64,000 nt of DNA from Nanobdellati archaeon (GTDB taxonomy: Archaea; EX4484-52; GLR71), in assembly GCA_019429005.1 (NCBI GenBank), contig JAHYJR010000001.1:195232-259231 (forward strand), read 5' to 3'. Both the position numbers and the translations under genes were made by a program. The first letter of the stretch is position 1. Every line of letters begins with the position of its first letter. This document shows positions 18,990-29,818 of this stretch, piece by piece. The notes beneath the pieces were generated by a model. It was given only the letters and a program-made list of their open reading frames with translations, was not told where the DNA came from and searched no databases.

Positions 18990-19634
18990 TTAATATTTAG
19001 ATACGTCTATTTTTGCCGCATTGCTCATAGTTAATTTTAAATAAATTGATTTTATGTTATGTTCTTGCGACGGTAATTTATTTTTAACTACATTTATAAC
19101 AGCTTTTGCATTTTCTTCAAGATCTTTGTTGTCCATGCTTTCACTTCCAATTTGGCAGTGTATTACAGGTGCTTTATCTGTTACATTTACGACTATTGTA
19201 TTTTTTAATTTATTAATCATAGCTGCTGGATCTGCTTGTGGTGGCATTGGTCTAGGCATTTTACCCATTGGACTCATGTATTTACCAAAGCTTTTACCTA
19301 TATTTGCCATAAGCTGTGGTTCTGCGATAAAGAAATCAATTTCTCTTACAAGTTTCTTAATTGCTGTTTTATCTTTTTTATATTTATCAAGACTTTTTTC
19401 ATCAATTGTTATATCAGCGATACCTTTTGCTTTTGAAATTAGTTCAGTTCCTATAACACAGATTTTTGCAGGTTTACTTCTTCCTTTTGGAAGTAAGACA
19501 TCTTCTCTAAATCTGTTTTCAACTTTTTTAAAGTCCATGCCTTTAAGATTTATTGCAAGGTCTACAGATTGTATGAAATTTCTTTCTTTTTTATTCTTTT
19601 TCAAGTTTTCAATAATCTTGTTTATTTCACTCAT
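18990..19634 (-). CDS. rpl1: 50S ribosomal protein uL1
   Basis: 214 aa, uL1-like sequence. Operon position between L11 and L10. Confidence 0.88.
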   Translation of the reverse strand: MSEINKIIENLKKNKKERNFIQSVDLAINLKGMDFKKVENRFREDVLLPKGRSKPAKICVIGTELISKAKGIADITIDEKSLDKYKKDKTAIKKLVREIDFFIAEPQLMANIGKSFGKYMSPMGKMPRPMPPQADPAAMINKLKNTIVVNVTDKAPVIHCQIGSESMDNKDLEENAKAVINVVKNKLPSQEHNIKSIYLKLTMSNAAKIDVSKY

Positions 19635-19650
19635 ATTTATGACCTATCAA

Positions 19651-20370
19651 TTATTTTTTTGCTTCTTTCCTTGAACCTTCTTTTGGAACCATTCTATCTA
19701 TTACAGTTTTAGATATCCCTGCTTCTTTAAGTTTATGTTTTATATCTGATGCGGATTTATTTTTCATTTTTTCAAGGATTTCAACAACTTTAATTTCTTC
19801 ATCAGCATGTTGTTTTTTAATCGTTTCAGCAAATGTTTTTCGTTCTCCTTCTATTATTTTAAGTTCATCTTCAGAAAGTTCAGTCTTTCCAGATTCAATC
19901 TTTTGATCATATAAACCTTCATTGATTTCTTTTGTGATTACTTGTGGTGTTTTATCTTCAATTAAAATACCCATTGTAACACAAGTTCCAATAACTGTTT
20001 TTACTGCAGATTTGAGTGTTTTTGCACCCATTGATTCTTGTTTCATCTTTGCGATTTTTATTGCTTGTTCAATCTTCATATCTGCTACATTTTCAGTTCC
20101 AGCCATACCTGATGCTTTTTCAAGGTTAAGTTCTTTTTTGATTAATTCAGATACTGATGGTGCACCAACTTCGATTTTAAACTCTTTTGTTTCTGTATCA
20201 ATTTTGACAAGGACAGGTACTTTCATACCCTTAAAAGCTTCTGTTTTTTCATTTATTGTATCAATAACAGCTTTTATATTTACACCCATTGGTCCTAATG
20301 CAGGGCCTAATGGTGGTCCTGCAGATGCTTTTCCGCCATCAACTATTGTTTCGATTATTTCTTCACTCAT
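19651..20370 (-). CDS. rpl11: 50S ribosomal protein uL11 with about 75-aa Lys/Glu-rich C-terminal extension
   Basis: N-terminal 160 aa are classical L11 (GGKASAGPPLGPALGP..GVN). ORF continues to 239 aa; archaeal L11 is usually about 160 aa. Confidence 0.85.
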   Translation of the reverse strand: MSEEIIETIVDGGKASAGPPLGPALGPMGVNIKAVIDTINEKTEAFKGMKVPVLVKIDTETKEFKIEVGAPSVSELIKKELNLEKASGMAGTENVADMKIEQAIKIAKMKQESMGAKTLKSAVKTVIGTCVTMGILIEDKTPQVITKEINEGLYDQKIESGKTELSEDELKIIEGERKTFAETIKKQHADEEIKVVEILEKMKNKSASDIKHKLKEAGISKTVIDRMVPKEGSRKEAKK

Positions 20371-20393
20371 TATGTTACACCATGAAATATGTT

Positions 20394-20825
20394 TTAATTG
20401 CTAATCTTCTTTAGAAGATCAATTTTAATTGTAATTGGTATTGGAACGACAGCTTCAATCAGTTCAATTTTTGCTTCTCTTTTTTGTTCATTTATTCTTG
20501 TGATTTTCGCTTTTTCTCTTTTAAATGGACCACCCATAACTTCAACAAAGTCTCCTTCTTTTATAGTGATTTCAACAGTTCTCTCTTCGAAATATGTGTT
20601 TAATGTCTCAACTGACACTTCTTTACTGATAACACCCCTTATGTGTGGTATTGTTTTTATAAATGCTTCCATCTCTTCTTGGTTTTCGCCTTCAACAAAA
20701 AAATATCCTTTAATTTCTGCGGGACTAATTATAGCTTGTATTATACCCTCATCAGTTTTTTTAAGGTCTATTGAATCTATTGCAGTCTTTTCACGCCCTA
20801 CTGTAGTTCGTACTGTTAATATCAT
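20394..20825 (-). CDS. spt5: Transcription elongation factor Spt5 (NusG homologue)
   Basis: 143 aa. NGN domain plus KOW (GDFVEVMGGPFK). Conserved position next to L11. Confidence 0.85.
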   Translation of the reverse strand: MILTVRTTVGREKTAIDSIDLKKTDEGIIQAIISPAEIKGYFFVEGENQEEMEAFIKTIPHIRGVISKEVSVETLNTYFEERTVEITIKEGDFVEVMGGPFKREKAKITRINEQKREAKIELIEAVVPIPITIKIDLLKKISN

Positions 20826-20846
20826 GAGAGATCACATTTTTATTTT

Positions 20847-21017
20847 TTAAAAGATGCCTGTTATCATTGCAAAAATATATATAACAAAACCAACAAGACC
20901 TATTAACAAAATACCAATGCCTGTGATTTTTATAGACATAGACAATTCTGCTTTTGAAGGTTTTTTTGTAATATTTAATACTCTTTTAAAATCCTTGAGT
21001 TTGTTTTTTATGGACAT
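20847..21017 (-). CDS. secE: Protein translocase subunit SecE (Sec61-gamma)
   Basis: 56 aa, below the ORF-track cutoff. Sequence MSIKNKLKDFKRVLNITKKPSKAELSMSIKITGIGILLIGLVGFVIYIFAMITGIF has a single TM. Conserved secE-nusG-L11 arrangement. Confidence 0.6.
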   Translation of the reverse strand: MSIKNKLKDFKRVLNITKKPSKAELSMSIKITGIGILLIGLVGFVIYIFAMITGIF

Positions 21018-21141
21018 TGTTATCACAGAATAAGCTCTCTTCTACCTAAGTAGTGATACGAGCTGACTTGTATATTTTTATAGACAATATATCTTTATAT
21101 ATTTTACTAATATTTTGATATTTTTGAAAAATATATGGATT

Positions 21142-22266
21142 TTATATAAAATCTATACCTAATTCTTTTTCAATTTCTTTTTGTTCTTCTTTTCTAAATG
21201 AATGTTCTGAACCAAAAATCTGCGGACTTTTAACACCTGTTACGATTATCATAGCTCTTAAAGTATCTCCGAGATCTCTTTGTATTTGAGCACCCCATAT
21301 AATTTTTGCATCTGGTGATAATCTTGTAGAGACTGCATTTACTACAGATTGACTTTCTTTAAGTGTTAAATCAGGACCTCCTGTAATATTAATAAGTGCA
21401 CCATCTGCACCATCTATATCAACATCAAGTAGTGGGTTTGCAAGAGCTTTTTGTACTGCTTCTTCTGCTCTGTTTTCGGTATCACTTTGACCCATACCAA
21501 TCATAGCAAGACCACCTTCACTCATAACAGCTTTAATATCTGCAAAATCAAGGTTAATCAAACCGGGTTGTGTAACAAGTTCAGTTATTCCTTTTACTGC
21601 ATTTACAAGAATCTCATCTGCGACCTTGAATGCTGTATCAATTGATACATCAGGAACAATACTTAATAATTTATCATTTGGTATAACAATAAGTGTGTCT
21701 GCAACAGGTTCAAGTTTTCTTAAACCATCTTTAGCATTTATTTGTCTTTGTTTACCTTCCATTGAAAATGGTAATGTTACGATTGCGATTGTAAGTGCAC
21801 CAACTTTCTTGGATATTTCTGCTATAACTGGTGCAGCACCAGTACCTGTACCGCCTCCAAGACCACAAGTTATAAAGACCATATCAGAGTGTTCAAGAAG
21901 TGCTTTAATTTCATCTCTACTTTCTTTTGCAGAAGCTTCACCTTTTTTTGGATCAGCACCAGCACCAAGACCTTCTGCGATTTCTTTACCTAAAAGTATT
22001 TTTTGATCTGCATCAGTATATAATAAATCTTGTGCGTCTGTATTAAGTGCTATAATCTCAGCACCCTTTATACCAATTTGTGACAATCTCTCAATTGTGT
22101 TATTTCCAGCACCACCGACACCCAAAACTTTTATTTCAGCAAGCCTATTGTCTAGGAGCTTTTTTAATTCAGAATCAATTGCATGAAGTTTTTTCGTATC
22201 TTTCTTCCTATCTTTATTTAAGATATCATCATTTTCATTAATAATTTTTTCCATTAAATCCACCAT
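21142..22266 (-). CDS. ftsZ: Cell division GTPase FtsZ
   Basis: 374 aa. Tubulin signature GGGTGTG; overall FtsZ architecture. Confidence 0.93.
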   Translation of the reverse strand: MVDLMEKIINENDDILNKDRKKDTKKLHAIDSELKKLLDNRLAEIKVLGVGGAGNNTIERLSQIGIKGAEIIALNTDAQDLLYTDADQKILLGKEIAEGLGAGADPKKGEASAKESRDEIKALLEHSDMVFITCGLGGGTGTGAAPVIAEISKKVGALTIAIVTLPFSMEGKQRQINAKDGLRKLEPVADTLIVIPNDKLLSIVPDVSIDTAFKVADEILVNAVKGITELVTQPGLINLDFADIKAVMSEGGLAMIGMGQSDTENRAEEAVQKALANPLLDVDIDGADGALINITGGPDLTLKESQSVVNAVSTRLSPDAKIIWGAQIQRDLGDTLRAMIIVTGVKSPQIFGSEHSFRKEEQKEIEKELGIDFI

Positions 22267-22393
22267 TTGTTCCTATTCGTAAATTATGATAATTATATAC
22301 CACTTAATGGTTTTTAAAACTATTTAAACATTTCTTGTTTTATATCTAAATTGTTTATCTTGTGGTACTATTATTGTTTATTTTTTATATATC

Positions 22394-23059
22394 CTATACT
22401 GTTTTTTTATAAATTTCAACAAACTCAATCTTTTTGATATCTGATATATATTGTATAATCTTATTTGCAGTCATATTTTTTAGTTCAGGAGTTGTTTTGA
22501 TTGTATTTGGTATTATGATTTTTGCACTTTTATCTACGATTTCAACATCAACTTCTGCCGAAATATAATATGATACTATTGCTTTAATTTGTTCTTTTGT
22601 ATCTTTAATTTGTTCGTTTATTTTGATGTCGTAGATTAATGTTTTTTCAGCAAGCGGGTGATTGAAATCAATTTTAACTCGTCCGCTATTTACACTCAAA
22701 ATGTGACCACGTTGACCATTACCTAAATCTAAGTATTTTCCTGGAATGGGGTTTACGCCCTGTTTTTTGAAGTCTTTCATATTAAATACTTTTGTTAATT
22801 CTGGATTTCTTTGACCAAACGCATTTTCAGGCTTAAGTTCAATTGTCTTTTTATCTCCAATTTTCATATTTTTCATTTCTGCTTCAAGACCTTTGAGTAT
22901 GAATCCACCGCCAATTATTATTGTTATTGGGCCATATTTCATAGTTGGATTATAAATTTCATTTTCTTTTGCGATTTTTTCGTCTGTAAGATCAAAAATT
23001 TTACCTGTTTCTTTGACAGTTCCAACATATTCGATGCTTATAAAATCGTTATCTTTCAT
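22394..23059 (-). CDS. FKBP-type peptidyl-prolyl cis-trans isomerase (archaeal long form with IF insertion)
   Basis: 221 aa. FKBP N-domain (FISIEYVGTVKETGKIFD) and C-terminal domain. Confidence 0.78.
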   Translation of the reverse strand: MKDNDFISIEYVGTVKETGKIFDLTDEKIAKENEIYNPTMKYGPITIIIGGGFILKGLEAEMKNMKIGDKKTIELKPENAFGQRNPELTKVFNMKDFKKQGVNPIPGKYLDLGNGQRGHILSVNSGRVKIDFNHPLAEKTLIYDIKINEQIKDTKEQIKAIVSYYISAEVDVEIVDKSAKIIIPNTIKTTPELKNMTANKIIQYISDIKKIEFVEIYKKTV

Positions 23060-23200
23060 GTAAAATCACTTAATCATTTAGAATTTGTAGTTATTTAATG
23101 ATATAATATTATTAAAAGTATCTAAAAATTTTATATATCTTCTTATATTCATTTAATTTCAGCAATATTTAAAAAGTTTAATTATATTATAATTGTTTTA

Positions 23201-23458
23201 ATGGGATCAAAAGCTGATGACTGGATATCTGGAATAGATGTTGTATCACAACAGAATATAAAGAATTTGTTGACACTTATTATACAGCATAGACCCCATT
23301 ATGAGAATTCAAAAGATCCAGCAGTTTCTCAGTTATGGTTTGTTGCAATCGAATTGTTTTCACGTATCGAAATCTTAGAAAAACGTATAGAATCTCTTGA
23401 AAATTTGAAAAGCAGACCTTACGATCTGAGTTTACTTGATACTTTGGATAATTATTAA
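23201..23458 (+). CDS. Small hypothetical protein
   Basis: 85 aa ORF, no motifs; intergenic otherwise. Confidence 0.3.
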   Translation: MGSKADDWISGIDVVSQQNIKNLLTLIIQHRPHYENSKDPAVSQLWFVAIELFSRIEILEKRIESLENLKSRPYDLSLLDTLDNY

Positions 23459-23490
23459 GTGTAGTTAGTATAAGTTTTTATAGTTATAGA

Positions 23491-24774
23491 TTGAATATCT
23501 ATTTAGTGATATGTATGTTAAACAATACAAATAATTCCCTTTGCAATGATGCTAAATCGCAGCTTGAAGCTGCATATACTTACATTAATGTAAAAGCTAA
23601 TATAAAAAACATTTTGTCAGTACCAAAAGAAAGTCTTGAGGTATCAATACCTGTAAAGATGGATTCTGGTGATGTTAAAATCTTTAAAGGTTATCGTGTT
23701 CATTATGATAATTCACGTGGACCTTATAAAGGTGGAATTAGGTTTCATCCTGGTGTGTCTTTAGATGAAGTCACTGCACTTTCTTTTTGGATGACATTCA
23801 AATGTGCTGTTGTAAATATACCCTTTGGTGGCGGTAAAGGTGGCGTTATTGTTGATACTAAATCGCTTTCAAAAGGCGAAATTGAACGATTAAGTCGTGG
23901 CTATATTACTGCAGTTTCAGATTTTATTGGTCCCGATAAAGATATACCTGCACCTGATGTCTATACAAATCCGCAAATAATGGCATGGATGGCAGATCAA
24001 TATGGTATACTTAAAGGTGTACCTACGCCTGCAATAATAACAGGTAAACCTATTGAATTTGGAGGTTCCATTGGTCGCTCTGACGCAACAAGTCAAGGTG
24101 GCCTTTATGTTATAGATAGTGCTGTTAAAGTTCTAGGTTTGGATAAGAATAAGCTTACTGTTGCGGTCCAAGGTTTTGGTAATGCAGGTTATAATATTGC
24201 AAAACTGATGTATAATTCAGGATATAATGTTGTTGCTGTGAGTGATTCAAATGGTGGTATTTATTCAGATAAATGGTTTAATCCAGAACAGATAATGGAT
24301 ATAAAAAATTTATCTGGAAGTGTTACTGCTGCTGCAATTGGCGATATTAAAAAGATAACGAATGAAGAACTTCTTGAACTTGATGTTGATATACTTATTC
24401 CTTCTGCCTTAGAGGCACAAATAACAAAAGATAATGCAAATAATATCAAGGCAAAGATTATACTTGAGCTTGCAAATGGTCCAATAACGCATGAGGCTGA
24501 TAAGATTCTTGATAAGAAAGGCATTTTTGTTATACCTGATATTTTAGCAAATGCTGGTGGTGTGACTGTAAGTTATTTTGAATGGGTTCAGAATCGAACA
24601 GGTTATTATTGGGATATTGATACTGTGCATAAGAGGCTTGAAAAAATAATGGTTGCATCATTCAATGATATTTATTCTAATTGTAATAAACATGATATCA
24701 GTTTAAGGACTGCGGCGTATGTACTTGCTCTTGAGCGTATAACAAAAGCAATTGATGCTAGAATGCATGTTTAA
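23491..24774 (+). CDS. gdhA: Glutamate dehydrogenase (Glu/Leu/Phe/Val dehydrogenase family)
   Basis: 427 aa. Catalytic motif NIPFGGGKGGV; NAD(P) Rossmann motif GFGNAGYN. Confidence 0.9.
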   Translation: MNIYLVICMLNNTNNSLCNDAKSQLEAAYTYINVKANIKNILSVPKESLEVSIPVKMDSGDVKIFKGYRVHYDNSRGPYKGGIRFHPGVSLDEVTALSFWMTFKCAVVNIPFGGGKGGVIVDTKSLSKGEIERLSRGYITAVSDFIGPDKDIPAPDVYTNPQIMAWMADQYGILKGVPTPAIITGKPIEFGGSIGRSDATSQGGLYVIDSAVKVLGLDKNKLTVAVQGFGNAGYNIAKLMYNSGYNVVAVSDSNGGIYSDKWFNPEQIMDIKNLSGSVTAAAIGDIKKITNEELLELDVDILIPSALEAQITKDNANNIKAKIILELANGPITHEADKILDKKGIFVIPDILANAGGVTVSYFEWVQNRTGYYWDIDTVHKRLEKIMVASFNDIYSNCNKHDISLRTAAYVLALERITKAIDARMHV

Positions 24775-24783
24775 GTCTTGTTT

Positions 24784-24806
24784 AGGGTTTTTAAAACCCT
24801 TTTTTT
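24784..24806 (+). terminator. Hairpin AGGGTTTT-T-AAAACCCT followed by a T6 run, just after the gdhA stop
   Basis: Perfect 8-bp inverted repeat plus T-run, seen directly. Confidence 0.45.
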
Positions 24807-24856
24807 CTTTATTGTAAAATCTTATTATTTATAAAATTGAAATACGAATATAACTT

Positions 24857-25462
24857 ATGATTAAAGCAATCATATTTGATTTTGATGGTGTTATCCATGA
24901 CACTTTTGAGTTTCATAGGTCTAAGCTAAAAGCATTTACGGGCAATGATATCTCTGAAAAGAATTATAAGGATATTCATGATGGTAATTTTTATGATTCT
25001 AAATGTGATGTGCTTTTAGATACAGATTGGGCTGGTTATATAACGTTCATACATCCTGAACAGTCAACAATGAAGATAACAGATGAGATTCGTCAAGTCT
25101 TAATCGAATTAAACCAAAAATATGAATTGTTTATAATCTCATCTGGTTCTGCTAAAAATATTTCAGATTATCTAGGTAACAACGGTATCTCAAATATATT
25201 TACAGAGGTTCTAGGTTTTGAAAATCATAGATCCAAAATCAACAAATTTAAAATGTTATTTGATACGCATGGGTTGTGTCATGATAACTGTATATTCATA
25301 ACAGATACTTTAGGCGATATACTTGAAGCTAACAAGGTTGGTGTTGAGACGGTTGCAGTTGATTTCGGGTTTCATAGTCGTGAACGGTTAGAGAAAGGCA
25401 ATCCCTATAGGATAATTTCTAGATTTAGTGAATTAGGACCTATTGTTGATGCTGGTTTTTGA
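24857..25462 (+). CDS. HAD-superfamily hydrolase
   Basis: 201 aa. Motif I IIFDFDGVIHDT at the N-terminus. Confidence 0.7.
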   Translation: MIKAIIFDFDGVIHDTFEFHRSKLKAFTGNDISEKNYKDIHDGNFYDSKCDVLLDTDWAGYITFIHPEQSTMKITDEIRQVLIELNQKYELFIISSGSAKNISDYLGNNGISNIFTEVLGFENHRSKINKFKMLFDTHGLCHDNCIFITDTLGDILEANKVGVETVAVDFGFHSRERLEKGNPYRIISRFSELGPIVDAGF

Positions 25463-25577
25463 TGTTTGGATATTAATTAAATCCTATTTTTTAATAATAA
25501 TATTAATTCTGTTTTCCCTTATAATATATAATATCTTAAATCAAAATTAACTTATCAATTAAACTTTGTGATTAAAA

Positions 25578-25817
25578 ATGATTGAAATTATCGGTATCTT
25601 GGGCATGTTTCTTATACTTAGCGCATTTTTATTAGATGAGCTTAACACAAAAATAGACAGGGATTCGGTCTTATATAATGTTATAAACTGTGTCGGTGCT
25701 GCGTTTTTGACATATTACGCATATAGTATAAACAGTATACCTTTTATTGTGCTTAACGTTATCTGGTTTGCTGTAGCCTTAATAAAACTGATAGGGATTG
25801 AAAAAAAGAGATTATAA
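25578..25817 (+). CDS. Small membrane protein (2 predicted TM helices)
   Basis: 79 aa, two hydrophobic helices. Confidence 0.35.
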   Translation: MIEIIGILGMFLILSAFLLDELNTKIDRDSVLYNVINCVGAAFLTYYAYSINSIPFIVLNVIWFAVALIKLIGIEKKRL

Positions 25818-28691
25818 AATCTCAATCCCTGGTTTTCCAGGTTCAGCTCGTTTTGCTTTGTCTGATTTGGATTTATCTGAATTTTCTATTTGTATATTGC
25901 ATTTCAATTCAGCTTCTAAAACCTTTTTCGCTTCATTAAGTATGTTTATTTCATTTTCTTGAGTCAATTCATATTTTTGTAATGAATGTATCTCTTTTGT
26001 AAGGTTTGAGATATATTTGACTGTTAAATCTCCTTGTTTTCTAGCTTCAACATTTTTCATTACAATTGGTATTAATCCCTTTGCATTATTTTTATTGTCA
26101 AAGACTAAATCTCTAACCGTAAATTTCCATAACGGGCTGATGTATATGTTTATTTGTTTAGTTTCAATTCTAACTTGTTTTTTTATATTATGAATATCTT
26201 CTATAACAGTATCAACAAAATCCATCATATCTATTGATTTTGTATCTATCTTTTTGTTTTTTGTTTTAGGCCATTCTGCTTTTGCTACAAAACCCTTATT
26301 TTGATAGATTTCAAAAAGTTCTTCACAAATATGTGGTATTATAGGAGATAATGTTATAATCCATGTGTTAATGATTTCATTTAGTATTTGTTTTTCATCA
26401 TCATTTGCACGTTTTTCAAATGCCGAAATTAGATTATATATATCAAAAATAATTATTTGTGCATATTTTTGTAAATCAAAAGATTCAATATTTGATTCTG
26501 CATCAATTATTTTTTGTGTAAACCGTGATACTAACGCTTTCACATTTGTAGTTTGCTTAATTTTCACATTATTATTATTATTATTATAATATTTTTGTAT
26601 CAGACTTGTAATTTTATCAATATGTTTTTGTGTTTTTTCAACTTCAATTTCTCTCCAATCAACAGAAGATGCAAATCCTGCTGATGTTAAAATATATAAT
26701 CTGAAGACATCAGCACTATATTTCCTTATTGTTTTTATCAATGGAAGTACATTACCTTTTGATTTACCCATTTTTGAACCTTCAACAGTTACAGGTTCCA
26801 GTAATGTTATTGTTTTTGGCCATTTGTTTTTTGGGAAAATTGCAGTATGATGGAATATAAAAAAACTAAGATGGTTTGATATGTGCATAATTGCAGTATG
26901 TCTATGGTCTAGAGGATACCAATAATTGAATTCATCTTGCATCTCTTTTAATATTGTTTCATTAATACCTGTTTTTTTAGAAACCTCTTTTATTGCACCT
27001 TTGTTAAGAAACACATAATCGAATAATTCAATATTTAATTTATCTGAAGGTATCTTGTTCTCTTTAATTTTATTTATTATTGTATAAAATGCCATATATA
27101 TTGTAGAATCACTTAAAGCTTCAATTATCCAGTTTGTATCAAACGGTAATTTTGTTCCAAGACCTCTTTTTCTAGCAGTAGGTCTTTTATCAAGCCAATT
27201 AAATACATTTTCAAAAAATGTCCGATATTTTGAAGGCGTAATATTCATATTATTCAAGCAGTCAAACGCATCTTTTTTCCAAGTACCTTGATTGAAATTT
27301 AAGAACCATTGATCATCAAGAATATGTACTATGACATCACCACCGCATCTGCATTTAATAGTGGGTGTGATAGGTCTGTAAAATTTATCAATTTTATTAG
27401 TTTTATTGAGTTTTTCTATAACTTTCTCTTTTGCATCTGCGACTTTTAGACCTTTGAAATCTTCACATTTATCATTTAATATTCCTTTATAGAATTCGTC
27501 TTTGTATATTTTTTCAGTTGCAAGTTTTAATTTATCAGAATTTTGATTTTTTATCTCAAATTGTTCAATCGCTTCTTTTGCAGGAAAATCTGTATATCCT
27601 TCAAGATTTATAATTTGTATAATTTTTATGTTATCAATATCTTCTTTTTTAAATCCATATTGTTTTTGTGTTTTAACATCTTTCTTAAAATCCATTAATG
27701 CAATATAATCAAATGGTGCATGAGCTGGTACTGAATAGACAACTCCCGTTGCATTGTCATCATCAACAAATGTTGCTGGAAGTATTATGATATCTCGATT
27801 ATTTATTGGCGTTTTGCATTTATCTCCAATAAGTTCTTTACCTTTGAATTCTTCAAGAATTTTAACGGTTTTATCTTGATATTCTAGTTTAGATGCTGCT
27901 TTTTTGCTTATGTACCAAATGTCATCATTTATTTTGACTTTTACATAAGTAGCTTGCGGATTAATCCAGATATTTGTAACACCATAAACAGTTTCTGGTC
28001 TTAATGTTGATGCAACAAGATATCCGTCTTTGTAAGGGTACTTTATGCAAGTATATTCCTGAATCGCCAAATCAATCTCATCACCACTTAAGATATCATC
28101 TTCACCAACAGCATTTTGATCATTTAAACAGAATAATATTGGATATTTTCCTTTTTCTAAATAATTTTTATCTTTAAGTTTATTGAATTGCCACGTTACA
28201 AAAGCATTGTATTCTGTATCTCCTGTTGTGAAACTCCGTCTCCAGTCAATACTTGTTCCAAGTTCATCAAAACCCGTTTTAAATGTTTTTGCAAAATAAT
28301 TTACAATATTCCATGGTTCTTTAAAGCTTTCAACAATTTTTTTGACGTCATCTTTATTTTTTGTATCTAATGCAACATATTCTGTAAAACGCGTTTTTAT
28401 TATTTTATCATTATTTTGTATTCCTCTTGATATTGCAAGAACGGGTGTTCCTGTTATATGGAATGCCATCGGGAATAAAACATTATAACCTTTAAGTCTT
28501 TTGTATCTTGCAAAGGCGTCACCACATGTAAAGGTTCTTCCATGACCTATGTGTTGTGGTCCATTTGTGTATGGATATGGCACGGTTATGAAATATTTTT
28601 TCTGGTTGAAGATAGGGTTTGCTTCAAAAACTTTTTCTTTTGCCCATTTATCTTGCCATTTTTTTTCAATTTTTTTAAAATCCATACTCAT
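25812..28691 (-). CDS. leuS: Leucine--tRNA ligase (archaeal type)
   Basis: 959 aa. HIGH-region variant (NGPQHIGHGRTF), KMGKSKGN (KMSKS), CP1 editing insertion. Confidence 0.93.
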   Translation of the reverse strand: MSMDFKKIEKKWQDKWAKEKVFEANPIFNQKKYFITVPYPYTNGPQHIGHGRTFTCGDAFARYKRLKGYNVLFPMAFHITGTPVLAISRGIQNNDKIIKTRFTEYVALDTKNKDDVKKIVESFKEPWNIVNYFAKTFKTGFDELGTSIDWRRSFTTGDTEYNAFVTWQFNKLKDKNYLEKGKYPILFCLNDQNAVGEDDILSGDEIDLAIQEYTCIKYPYKDGYLVASTLRPETVYGVTNIWINPQATYVKVKINDDIWYISKKAASKLEYQDKTVKILEEFKGKELIGDKCKTPINNRDIIILPATFVDDDNATGVVYSVPAHAPFDYIALMDFKKDVKTQKQYGFKKEDIDNIKIIQIINLEGYTDFPAKEAIEQFEIKNQNSDKLKLATEKIYKDEFYKGILNDKCEDFKGLKVADAKEKVIEKLNKTNKIDKFYRPITPTIKCRCGGDVIVHILDDQWFLNFNQGTWKKDAFDCLNNMNITPSKYRTFFENVFNWLDKRPTARKRGLGTKLPFDTNWIIEALSDSTIYMAFYTIINKIKENKIPSDKLNIELFDYVFLNKGAIKEVSKKTGINETILKEMQDEFNYWYPLDHRHTAIMHISNHLSFFIFHHTAIFPKNKWPKTITLLEPVTVEGSKMGKSKGNVLPLIKTIRKYSADVFRLYILTSAGFASSVDWREIEVEKTQKHIDKITSLIQKYYNNNNNNVKIKQTTNVKALVSRFTQKIIDAESNIESFDLQKYAQIIIFDIYNLISAFEKRANDDEKQILNEIINTWIITLSPIIPHICEELFEIYQNKGFVAKAEWPKTKNKKIDTKSIDMMDFVDTVIEDIHNIKKQVRIETKQINIYISPLWKFTVRDLVFDNKNNAKGLIPIVMKNVEARKQGDLTVKYISNLTKEIHSLQKYELTQENEINILNEAKKVLEAELKCNIQIENSDKSKSDKAKRAEPGKPGIEIL

Positions 28692-28799
28692 TTAAGACAC
28701 CTTATGTTTGGTTTATCTATGGATATTTTTAAAATTATTGTTGTTGATGCTTAGAAATTGTTGAATATGTATTATTTAGGGCTAGGCGAGATTTTAGAT

Positions 28800-29642
28800 T
28801 TATAATCCGTATTTTTTATTGAATCTCGTAATTTTTTGATTAAATCGTTCTGTTTCTTTATCATTTAACATTGTATGTATGGTTTCAAGCCTATCTTTTG
28901 CAGTTTCATATAATTTTAAATCTTGTTCCTGTTTTTTTTGCATATAGCCTAATTCCATTTCAAATCTACTTTTATCTACAGATTGTTTTAGTTCTTGTGA
29001 GGTTGGTGTGGTGTCGCCTATATAGTTATTTAAACTTGGTACTTTTTCAACTTGTTCAAGTTTATATTTAATAGCATTTATGTCATTTTTTTGTTTTTCA
29101 AGTGTATTTAATGTAATTTTTATTTCTCTTTCTACTCCATAGTGTGTGCTTTTTAATTGTTCTTCTTTTAGTTTTGGGTTATTTATGATTGTATCTAAAT
29201 CACCAAGATAATTTTCTGCTGCTTTTTCTTTTTGTTCAAGTTCGGATTGATAAATCGCTTGCTTACTCTGTAGAGAATCTAGTCCGGCCTGAACTGCCTT
29301 TTTAGCGTAACAATCTACCGTTTTGTTTTTATATTGTATACCCTGTTGATTTAGTTCTATATTATCTTGACGCTTCAATTTTTCATAACCTGATGTTGGC
29401 AGTTCTTGTTTTCCCGCATATTTTTCAGCTTTTTGAACTGTTTGATTGTATGAACTTTCAGCTTTTTGTAATTCAATAAGTGCACCATTAAAAGTTCTAT
29501 TTGCTGTATTATTTTCTATAGATAACTCTTCAGCACGTTTTTTTTCATTATTAATTCCCAAAAAGCCTACCGAAACAATAATGGTTAAGGTTACAGAAAC
29601 AATTTGCATAATTTCAACAAATACCAATTCAAGTGATGTCAT
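28800..29642 (-). CDS. Membrane-anchored coiled-coil protein
   Basis: 280 aa. N-terminal TM helix, then long heptad-like Q/E/K-rich region. Confidence 0.4.
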   Translation of the reverse strand: MTSLELVFVEIMQIVSVTLTIIVSVGFLGINNEKKRAEELSIENNTANRTFNGALIELQKAESSYNQTVQKAEKYAGKQELPTSGYEKLKRQDNIELNQQGIQYKNKTVDCYAKKAVQAGLDSLQSKQAIYQSELEQKEKAAENYLGDLDTIINNPKLKEEQLKSTHYGVEREIKITLNTLEKQKNDINAIKYKLEQVEKVPSLNNYIGDTTPTSQELKQSVDKSRFEMELGYMQKKQEQDLKLYETAKDRLETIHTMLNDKETERFNQKITRFNKKYGL

Positions 29643-29818
29643 AGAAAAATATTGTATTGTTTAGTATATATATTTTATTATAGTTTATCTAAAAGAATTC
29701 ATCAGGTGCGGTTTAATCTTATATACTTTTAATGTTAAATAATTTACATCAGTATTAGTTAAATATTTAAATCATAAGCGTACATTAATTTTATATTAAT
29801 AAATCGGTGTTTTATTTT

